Source: Alphaproteobacteria bacterium (GTDB lineage: Bacteria; Pseudomonadota; Alphaproteobacteria; MPNO01). Taken from it: a DNA stretch of 64,000 nucleotides. This document shows, one piece after another, positions 48,185 through 55,648 of this stretch. The stretch's first letter is position 1; each line of letters starts with the position of its first letter. The position numbers and the translations under genes were made by a program. A model generated the notes under the pieces. The model made no database searches, was not told where the DNA came from, and worked only from the letters and a program-made list of their open reading frames with translations. The stretch spans positions 32,001 through 96,000 of the forward strand of contig OZ219866.1 of NCBI GenBank assembly GCA_964291675.2, read 5' to 3'.

Positions 48185-48240
48185 GGGTCACACCCGACGC
48201 AGCAGGCTGCGGGCTGCGGCATGCGTGCGCTGCCGTAGCC
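48185..48240 (-). other. Origin of transfer (oriT), candidate nic between 48190 and 48189
   Basis: Minus strand reads CGCAGC-CT-GCTGCG-TCGGGTGT^GACCCC. TGCGTCGGGTGT^G differs by one base from F nic TGCGTGGGGTGT^G, and the hairpin + 8 nt + nic spacing matches R388. It lies close to the MOBF relaxase gene. Confidence 0.75.
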
Positions 48241-48299
48241 TGACGTGCGCTGCTGTCAGCTACCGGCGCCTGTGAGCGCCTGACTGTTGTTGGATCGAG

Positions 48300-48432
48300 C
48301 GTGTATCGGTGCGACACACGCGGATTGTCATGCCTCAGGTGTCGTCAGGCGCCGCCAGTCGCGACCGATACACGGATCGGCATACGCTCAAGCACCGGAA
48401 AAACACCGACCGATACACGGACCGGCACACGC
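48300..48432. repeat. Direct and inverted repeats adjacent to oriT
   Basis: CGACCGATACACGGAyCGGCAyACGC at 48362-48387 and 48407-48432. Inverted core CGTGTATCGGT at 48300-48310. Confidence 0.8.
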
Positions 48433-48654
48433 ATATCGCGCCGTAGCGGGCAGGCCCGACTTCCACGAGTGCCCTCACACTTGACCGAATACCCGATCGC
48501 GCCGCATGCGCGGACGCGCCGACCGGTTCCGAGTCGCCACGCCACTTTGGACGATTTTTCCCGCCGACGGTATATACCGAAGTACCGACGGTCGCCGCCG
48601 GTACCGTCTGCCTTCCGCGCAGACGTTCCGCCAACCGCTGTCGGGAGAAAACCC

Positions 48655-48948
48655 ATGCGCAAATCCCCCTTCGAGGAACTGGTCGAGGCAGCCTTCAGTC
48701 GGATGCCCGCCGTCCACACCGAGGATGTCACGCACGACGTGTTCGACACGATTGAGAACGATCCGGCCCTGCTTCGTGAATACAAGGCGCTTCTCGAACG
48801 CTTCCACACGCCGAGGCTGTCGGGCCGCGCCAATGTCAACCAGAGCATCACCTACTGGGTGATGAAGAAAACCGGCCGATCCACGCTCTCGAAGCGCCAT
48901 CCGAGCCCCCGAAGCACGCTCATCCAGACCTATTCAAAGCTCGGCTAA
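48655..48948 (+). CDS. Small hypothetical protein
   Basis: GGGAG RBS, 97 aa, followed by a hairpin at 48979-49002. Confidence 0.65.
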   Translation: MRKSPFEELVEAAFSRMPAVHTEDVTHDVFDTIENDPALLREYKALLERFHTPRLSGRANVNQSITYWVMKKTGRSTLSKRHPSPRSTLIQTYSKLG

Positions 48949-48978
48949 GGTCTGCGGGCAGGCTTCGCACACGATTGT

Positions 48979-49002
48979 CCGGCGGCCCCGGAGGGCCGCC
49001 GG
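48979..49002. terminator. Hairpin between convergent genes
   Basis: CCGGCGGCCC-CGGA-GGGCCGCCGG. Confidence 0.5.
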
Positions 49003-49071
49003 CGCTCGTGCGGCCGGCACGAATTTTCCGGTTGCGGCGCCGGAATGCGCCCCGACCGCAGCCGGTCGCGC

Positions 49072-49455
49072 TCAATCCGAGGAGTCCCGGCTCAGCGATT
49101 CCTGGAAGGCGCGGGCCTCGGCGACCAGCCTGTCGAGCTCCTCCCCGCGCCCCTCATGGAGCATCGCGTCGCGCCGTTCGGTCGCCAGGAACCAGGTGTA
49201 GCGGAACATCCGCTCGATCAGCGGCGCCATCGAGGGCTTCACCGGAGTCGGATCCGCGTTCGCCGGAGCCCGCGCGAGCGCGAGCATCTTCTCGCGGACG
49301 AACTCGGCGGCGGGCATTTCGTGGGCCGCCGCCGCGTTCTTGACCTCTTCCCACTCCGATTCCGAGAAGCGGATGCCCCGGGTCTTGCGGGCATCGCCCG
49401 CCTTTTCCGCGCCGGTCTCGCCGCCCGCAGCTTCGCTTCGCTCGTTTTCGCTCAT
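49072..49455 (-). CDS. Ribbon-helix-helix protein, probable relaxosome accessory factor
   Basis: TRGIRFSESEWEEVKNAA...M..AEFVR RHH pattern. Last gene of the relaxase operon, near oriT. Confidence 0.65.
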   Translation of the reverse strand: MSENERSEAAGGETGAEKAGDARKTRGIRFSESEWEEVKNAAAAHEMPAAEFVREKMLALARAPANADPTPVKPSMAPLIERMFRYTWFLATERRDAMLHEGRGEELDRLVAEARAFQESLSRDSSD

Positions 49456-49467
49456 CGTCCCGGCTTC

Positions 49468-49944
49468 CTAAAAGAACTGCTCCCCGAGCTTGCGCTCACG
49501 GTTCGGGGCCTTCCCCACGATTTCGAAGCGGTGGCAAGCAGCGCGGAACGAGTGCGGCGTCTTGCTTTCGCCGAAGCCGTAGACCGCAAGCCCGCCCTCG
49601 CGCAGCCGCTGGGCGAGACGGGTGAAGTCGCTGTCGCTCGACACCAGCGCGATTCCATCGAGCCCATGGCCGAGCATCAGGTCCATCGCGTCGACCGCGA
49701 GCGCGATATCGGCCGCGTTCTTGCCCCGCACATGCGCCGGCTGGTGGCACGGCACGATCGAATGCTCGCGGATCGCGGCGTTCCAGCACCCGAGCCTGCC
49801 GTTCGCGAAGTCGCCGTAGATGCGCCGCACCATCGCCTCGCCGAGCCCGCCGACGGTCTCGAACACCGCCCGCGCGTGGCGCGGACTTGCGTTTTCGCCG
49901 TCGATGAGAACCGCAAGACGTGTGCATCCGGCCCGTTCAGGCAC
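49468..49944 (-). CDS. NYN (LabA/DUF88, PIN-fold) domain protein
   Basis: AVLIDGEN, RIYGD, KNAADIAL.VDAMD and VSSDSDF motifs. GTG start with a GAGG RBS. Confidence 0.85.
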   Translation of the reverse strand: MPERAGCTRLAVLIDGENASPRHARAVFETVGGLGEAMVRRIYGDFANGRLGCWNAAIREHSIVPCHQPAHVRGKNAADIALAVDAMDLMLGHGLDGIALVSSDSDFTRLAQRLREGGLAVYGFGESKTPHSFRAACHRFEIVGKAPNRERKLGEQFF

Positions 49945-49954
49945 GCCGTTGTCC

Positions 49955-52900
49955 TCACAACCCAAGATCCATGCCTCCCTTGTCGCGATCGAGCGCGGGC
50001 ATTTCCGGCTCCTTCGCGGGCGTCTTCGTGCTGTCCCCATCCCGTCCGATACCCTCGCCAAGGCCGCGTTCGGGACGCGATTCCGGAGTCCGCCCCGCCT
50101 CCGCAGTCTTTTCCGATCCCTCGCGCTTCATCTCGCCGATGCCTTCGAGCGCCGCGATGCGCTCGCCGGTGACGGCCTGGAGCTGGGCGCGGAGCTCGGC
50201 CGCGTCGTCGGTCACCAGCTCCGCCCGGTCGCGGGCGCGGCTGATCTCGACGTAGAAGCTCTTCTGCGTGGTGAGATGCGGGTGCCTGGCCTCCATCGCG
50301 GCGATCACGTTGTCCACCGTGCGGCCCTGGAAAGCGTGCACCGTGGACGCCCAGGCGTGGTCGAGATGCCTGAGCTGCGGGTCGCCCTTGCCGAGATCCA
50401 TCGTCTTGCCGTCCTCCAGGCGGAACGTCACCCGGCCGTTGGCGACGCGCAGAACCTCCGCCGTGCGGCTGTTGACCAGGCCGAGGCCGGCCTCGTTGCG
50501 GGTCCAGCGGATGCGGTCGCCGGCCCGGAGCTCGATCTCCTCCGCCCGGTAGACCTCGCTGCCGCCCTTTCGCCCGCCGATCTCCTCCGGCTTCCATGCG
50601 ACCCGGCCGCCCTTGCCGTCATCCAGCAGCACCGCGCGCGCCTTGCGGTCGACGCCCGTGACGCGCCGCTCGTCGCCCTTCTCGACGCCGATCCGCTTGT
50701 AGGGGCGGTGGAAGGCCACCACGTCGCCCGTTCCGTAGTTGGCGGCGAGCGCCTTCTCCGCATTGGTGTAGCCCTTGGAGACCAGCCGCTCGCTCTCCAT
50801 CGTCGGCCCGTGGAGGCGTCCCTCGCGGGCAAGGCGCTCGCGGATATGGCCGTTGATCCCCTGCCGCAGCTCGTGGGAAGGCGCCATCACGCCGGTATTC
50901 GCGCGCGCGTCCGCGTCGAGCCGGAGCCAGCGGGCGGCGACCGCGCCGGCGATATTGTCGGGTTTGACCTCGGCGACGTTGCTTCCGAGCTTCGCGAAGG
51001 CGCGCTCGATGTCGCCCTTGAGACTCGCCTCGACCGCTTCCTTAAGGGCGGGATCGCGCTGGCGCATGATCTCGTCCATGGTCGCGGTCTGCATGCCGGC
51101 GGCCTGGAGCTGGGCGAAGGGTTTGCCGGCATCCACGGCGTCGAGCTGCTTGGCGTCGCCCACCAGCACCACGCGCGGGATACGGAGCGCGTTGGCGATC
51201 CTGAGCAGGTCGCGCGCCTGCACGGTGGAGGCGAGCGAGCCCTCGTCGACCACCAGAATGGTCTTCGCGAAGGCGGCGCGCATATCCCTGGCGCCCTTCT
51301 TTGTGAGCCGCCCCTCGGCGACGCCAGCGTTGCGCGCGAGGAAGCGCTGCAGGGTCTCGCTCTCGATGCCGGCCTCGGAAGCCAGCGTCTGCACCGCCGA
51401 GGCCGAGGGCGCGAGCCCCGCCATGCGCCAGCCCTTCTTCTCGGCGAGCGTCCGCGCGCGATTCAGCATGGTGGTCTTGCCGGTGCCGGCATAGCCCTGG
51501 ACGCCGACCGTGCGGTCCTTCGCCGACAGGATCAGCGTCACCGCATCCTTCTGCCCGGCCGTGAGCGGCCCCTTGTTGAGGTGGCCCTGGACCTGCCAGC
51601 CGCGCATCGGCGACCGGCCGCGCCCCTGGCCGCCCCGCCACAACGCCACCGCCTCGCGTTCCTCGCCCACCGTGCGATCGGTGGCGAGCGAGTCCTCGGC
51701 GCCGGGGACGTTCACCGCGTGCAGGGTCCCGGCCTTCTCCAGCGCCGCGACCTCGCGCTCGATGTCCCCGATCGAGGCGGCGCCCGGCGCATGGGCGAGC
51801 GCGGCAGCCAGCAGATCCGTGCGCGAGAACACCGCCTCGCGCTCGGAAAGATGCGCCATCGCCCAGGCGACCGCCTCGGCGGAGGGCGATGCCGGTGGAG
51901 TTTCGGGCCCAGTCTCACGGCCCGGCAAGCCATCCCGGTCCCAGCCGGACCGCCGATCGGTTTCCACCGCACTCGGTCCGCCAGCGCCCGGCTGATTATC
52001 GCCGTCGATATCGTGCCGCTCCCGGTTTCCTGCACCGGCCGTCTCGCCCGGTCCGGTGGCTGGTCCGACCCCCGCCTCCCTTTCCGGAGCGCCGGATTTC
52101 TCGATGGCCTCGGCCACCAATGCCGTCGCATCGAGGCCGAGATCGGCGGCCTGGCGCTGCCACACGCCCCGCAGCTCGTCGCGGTCGATGTCGCGCTTCT
52201 TCGCCCGCGTCATCAGCGCCGCGCGCTCGGCGAGGCGCGGATTGTCGGCCGGGCTGCCGAGTTCGCGCGCCTTCATCGCCGCCTCGACCTCGGCCCGGCG
52301 GCTCGAGAACGCCTCGATGGTCTCTCTCGGCACGCCCGCAATCTCGAAGCGGCCGTCGGCATGGGTCTTCTCGATGCCGTAGCCGAGCCTGGCGAGGCCG
52401 GCGGCGAGTTCCGACCGGTAGAGGGCGCCCAGCAGCATCTTCGAGCCGTAGAGCTTTTCGTTCGCCATGGTGCGCCACTTACCGTCCTCGCCCTGCACCA
52501 TGTTGGCGAGCACGGCATGGGTGTGGAGCTGGGGATCCAGATTGCGCGAGGTGTCGTGCCTGAAGGTGGCGGCCACGGTCTTCTGGTTGCCGGCGCGGAT
52601 CATGCGGCCGGTATCGGGATCCTTCATTCGGGTCTCGGCGGCATTCTTCTCCACCCAGGCGAGCGCCGCCGCCGCGGCCCTGTCGTGCGCCGCGACGATG
52701 CGCCGGTCGCCGCCGATCAGCGCGGCGAGCGAGACCGATTTGGGCGCGGAGAAGGTGAGGTCGCGGCCGGGCCGGTGGATGATCTCTCCGTCCTTGCCCC
52801 TGCGCCCGAGCTCGGTGCCCGAGCCGTCCGGCACCTTGCCTTCGAGGACCGCCCGGAACGTGTCCGGGTCGACCGGGCCTTTCAGGCCGAGCTCTTCGGC

Positions 52901-53020
52901 CCCCCTGCCGGCCCAGACGCTGGCCTCGCGGTGTTCGGGATCGTCCTTCGCGTAATAGCCGTCGCGCTCGTAGTAGTGCGCCCCCTGGGCGGCCGAGGTG
53001 AGCGCCCCGATCGAGAGCAT
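49955..53020 (-). CDS. traI: MOBF conjugative relaxase-helicase (TrwC/TraI type)
   Basis: YY....YY, DLTFSAPKSVS, HDTSR.LDPQLHTH, FSSRR, GYAGTGKT, VVDEGS and TVH.FQG.T motifs. Confidence 0.95.
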   Translation of the reverse strand: MLSIGALTSAAQGAHYYERDGYYAKDDPEHREASVWAGRGAEELGLKGPVDPDTFRAVLEGKVPDGSGTELGRRGKDGEIIHRPGRDLTFSAPKSVSLAALIGGDRRIVAAHDRAAAAALAWVEKNAAETRMKDPDTGRMIRAGNQKTVAATFRHDTSRNLDPQLHTHAVLANMVQGEDGKWRTMANEKLYGSKMLLGALYRSELAAGLARLGYGIEKTHADGRFEIAGVPRETIEAFSSRRAEVEAAMKARELGSPADNPRLAERAALMTRAKKRDIDRDELRGVWQRQAADLGLDATALVAEAIEKSGAPEREAGVGPATGPGETAGAGNRERHDIDGDNQPGAGGPSAVETDRRSGWDRDGLPGRETGPETPPASPSAEAVAWAMAHLSEREAVFSRTDLLAAALAHAPGAASIGDIEREVAALEKAGTLHAVNVPGAEDSLATDRTVGEEREAVALWRGGQGRGRSPMRGWQVQGHLNKGPLTAGQKDAVTLILSAKDRTVGVQGYAGTGKTTMLNRARTLAEKKGWRMAGLAPSASAVQTLASEAGIESETLQRFLARNAGVAEGRLTKKGARDMRAAFAKTILVVDEGSLASTVQARDLLRIANALRIPRVVLVGDAKQLDAVDAGKPFAQLQAAGMQTATMDEIMRQRDPALKEAVEASLKGDIERAFAKLGSNVAEVKPDNIAGAVAARWLRLDADARANTGVMAPSHELRQGINGHIRERLAREGRLHGPTMESERLVSKGYTNAEKALAANYGTGDVVAFHRPYKRIGVEKGDERRVTGVDRKARAVLLDDGKGGRVAWKPEEIGGRKGGSEVYRAEEIELRAGDRIRWTRNEAGLGLVNSRTAEVLRVANGRVTFRLEDGKTMDLGKGDPQLRHLDHAWASTVHAFQGRTVDNVIAAMEARHPHLTTQKSFYVEISRARDRAELVTDDAAELRAQLQAVTGERIAALEGIGEMKREGSEKTAEAGRTPESRPERGLGEGIGRDGDSTKTPAKEPEMPALDRDKGGMDLGL

Positions 53021-53021
53021 G

Positions 53022-55109
53022 TCAGAGCCACTCGGACGGCCGTTCGCCGTCCGGCCCGGCGGGCGGCGGCGGGTCTTCCGCTTCGGAGCCGTCGTCCGGC
53101 GGGCCGTCCTGCGGCGCTATCGCGGGCACCGCGGCATCGGGTTGTGGCGCCTGCCCGGTCCCGTTCGGCGCCGCGCCAGCCTCTCCCGGCAGCGGCACGA
53201 GATCCAGCTCGCCCTGGCGCGTGACGGCATCCGGCGCGTCTTCCGGCTCCATCGTCGGGATTGCCGCGCCGGTGCCGGCCTCGTCCGGCGGGTCCGGAAT
53301 GGCCATGCCGTCCACCGCGCCGGGCTTCGCGGGTGCCGCGGCCGGCGCATCGTCTCCGCCTCCGTCACCCTCGCGCGGCACGAACCGCTCCGCCGCCTTC
53401 GGCCGGGCGACGTATTTGAGGCGGATGGAAGCGACCGGGAAGGGCCCGGGGAACTTCAGATAGCCCGAGAGGTTCTCCAGCCGCATGATCTCGGAGGGCA
53501 GCGCGAGCGCGCGCAATTCCCGGCGCGGCGTCAGGCTCACCCCGTCGCGGATCGTGTTCGCTCCGTAGGAGTAGCCCTCGGAGACCTCCTCGACCTCGCT
53601 GCGTCCAAGGCTGTCGGCCGACCATTGCGCGGTGTCGCGGTCGGGCGCGGCCAGCACGACGCGGGTGCCGCACAAGCCCGAGATGGTCTCCGCCCCGTTG
53701 CGTCCGTAGAGGTCGCGCAGCGCCGAGGCCACCTGGACGCCGAGCACGAAACAGCCGCCGAACTGGCGCGACTCCGCGAGGCCCGGCTGGAGCGACGGCA
53801 CCTGGTGCAGGGTGGGGAGCTCGTCGAGGATTACCCAGATACGCCGCCCGTCGTCCTGGGCAAGCGTCAGCATGGCGTTGACCGCGATCTCCAGCCAGGT
53901 CGAGATCAGACCCCGCAACGAAGCATGCTGGTCTCCCCTGGACGTGAGGAACAGGAACCCGTCGCGGTCCTCGTCGCCGATCCACTCCCGGATCGAGAAC
54001 GGCTTGCCGGTATCGGGCAGGAACTCGAGCGCGGACAGGTTCGCGGTCAGCATGGCGCGCACCGAGAGCGCCGTCTTGGGGTTGTCGGGATCGACGATGG
54101 ACTGCGCCACCGTGCCTTCCATCGCCTCCGCGAGCGCCGTCAGGTCGGTCTTGAGCAGGTGGTCGACCAGGACGCGGTTCTCGGTGATCCCCTTCTGCCG
54201 CAGCACGCCGGCGCCGTTGGAGAAGAGCTGGCGGGCGGCGGTCACCCAGAACGGGTCCACCGTGTCCTTCTGCTGCGGGATCAGCGCGGCGGCCATCATG
54301 TCGAAGTCGCGGGGGTTCCGCGCTTCCAGGAACGGCGACCAGCGCGGCGCGCGCGCGTCGAGCGGGTTCATCAGCACGTCGCGGCGCTCATCGAAGAAGG
54401 CGCGCGTGTAGCTCCCCATCTTGTCGTAGAGGACGCAGCGCTCGCCCCGGGCGCGGATCTGCGAGACAAGATCGGAGATCAGCACGGTCTTGCCGGAGCC
54501 GGTGGTGCCCGAGACGATGGTGTGCTGCGTCTCGGTGCGCTCCGGGTAGGGAATGCCGGCGATGGCGTAGGGCCGGAACCGGACGGCGCCCGGGAAGAGG
54601 CCCAGGACGCGTTCTTGGGGCGATTGCAGCCGGCGGCGCAGCTCCCCGGCGGTGACCATCTCGGCGCCCCTGATGCGGCGCTGGCGGCCGAGCTGCGCGC
54701 CGCGCAGCCAGAACGCGACCAGGAAGAGCCCGATCAGCCCGCCCCCGGACATCGCGCCGAGCCCGGCGCTCTGGAACATCACGTCCCTGATCCGCTCGCG
54801 CGCCTCGCGGGCCGGGACCGAGGCGGCGATGTCGCGGATGCTGAGCACGCGCCGCGTGCCGTCGGCGAACCGGATCTCCTGACCCGAATCCGGATCGTAG
54901 CCGATCGTCAGCTTGACCTCGGCGAGCGTCACCATGCCGGCCGCGTACCACTCCGCCCCCGTGGTGCGGTGCCACAACGTCCAGCCCGGCACCACGACGG
55001 TCGTGAAGGCGGCGAACAGGACGGCGGCCCGGAAGAGCTGCCCCCACATCCGGATAGCGTGGAAGACGGTCTGCCCGCCCCTGAGCGTGCTGCCGCCGAT
55101 GCCGCGCAT
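53022..55109 (-). CDS. traD: Type IV coupling protein TraD
   Basis: RGGQ...H N-terminus, two TM segments, GTTGSGKT, NPLDAR and ILDELP.L motifs. Confidence 0.93.
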   Translation of the reverse strand: MRGIGGSTLRGGQTVFHAIRMWGQLFRAAVLFAAFTTVVVPGWTLWHRTTGAEWYAAGMVTLAEVKLTIGYDPDSGQEIRFADGTRRVLSIRDIAASVPAREARERIRDVMFQSAGLGAMSGGGLIGLFLVAFWLRGAQLGRQRRIRGAEMVTAGELRRRLQSPQERVLGLFPGAVRFRPYAIAGIPYPERTETQHTIVSGTTGSGKTVLISDLVSQIRARGERCVLYDKMGSYTRAFFDERRDVLMNPLDARAPRWSPFLEARNPRDFDMMAAALIPQQKDTVDPFWVTAARQLFSNGAGVLRQKGITENRVLVDHLLKTDLTALAEAMEGTVAQSIVDPDNPKTALSVRAMLTANLSALEFLPDTGKPFSIREWIGDEDRDGFLFLTSRGDQHASLRGLISTWLEIAVNAMLTLAQDDGRRIWVILDELPTLHQVPSLQPGLAESRQFGGCFVLGVQVASALRDLYGRNGAETISGLCGTRVVLAAPDRDTAQWSADSLGRSEVEEVSEGYSYGANTIRDGVSLTPRRELRALALPSEIMRLENLSGYLKFPGPFPVASIRLKYVARPKAAERFVPREGDGGGDDAPAAAPAKPGAVDGMAIPDPPDEAGTGAAIPTMEPEDAPDAVTRQGELDLVPLPGEAGAAPNGTGQAPQPDAAVPAIAPQDGPPDDGSEAEDPPPPAGPDGERPSEWL

Positions 55110-55286
55110 GGCGTTCTCCTTCAGGTCGCGTGGTTACCGCCCGGAGGCGGAGGGGGCCAGGGGCCGGGTCGAGGGCGAACGGGGCGGAGGGGGTGCCCGG
55201 ATCGGGAGCCTGCCCCGGACGAGTTCCGGGGTCCGGGCCAGGCGCGAGGATTCCCTTTTGCGGTTCCGCCGCTATGCTCGGAGGAC

Positions 55287-55619
55287 ATGCACATGACACG
55301 AACATTTTCGGACTCCGGCGCCTCCTGGCGCGCCCGCGCCATCGTGCTGGGCCCGCTGGCGCTCGCCGCGCTCGCGACCGGCGCCGGCGCCGATGCCGCG
55401 TTGCTCGGGCCGCTGTGGCTGGCGGCGCTCGCCTGGACCGTGCTCGCCAGCCTGGCGGGCGCGATCCGGCGCGGCCTCCGCCACGGCGACCGCGCCGCCT
55501 TCGGCCGCTACCGGTTCCCGGACGGCGCCGATGCCGGCCTCGACATGGACACCCGGACGGGCATGTACGCGTATCTGCGCGACGAGGAGGACCGGCTGCT
55601 CGACGACGACTGGCGCTGA
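55287..55619 (+). CDS. Small membrane protein convergent with traG (entry-exclusion candidate)
   Basis: GGAGG RBS, two hydrophobic segments and an acidic tail. Opposite strand between traG and traD. Confidence 0.6.
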   Translation: MHMTRTFSDSGASWRARAIVLGPLALAALATGAGADAALLGPLWLAALAWTVLASLAGAIRRGLRHGDRAAFGRYRFPDGADAGLDMDTRTGMYAYLRDEEDRLLDDDWR

Positions 55620-55648
55620 CCGGCCCGGGGTGCGGATCACGGCCCCGG

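Noticed and set aside
48300-48432. Repeats as a CRISPR array or replication iterons
   Set aside because: Only two direct copies with a 19-bp gap, and no cas or rep gene in the window.
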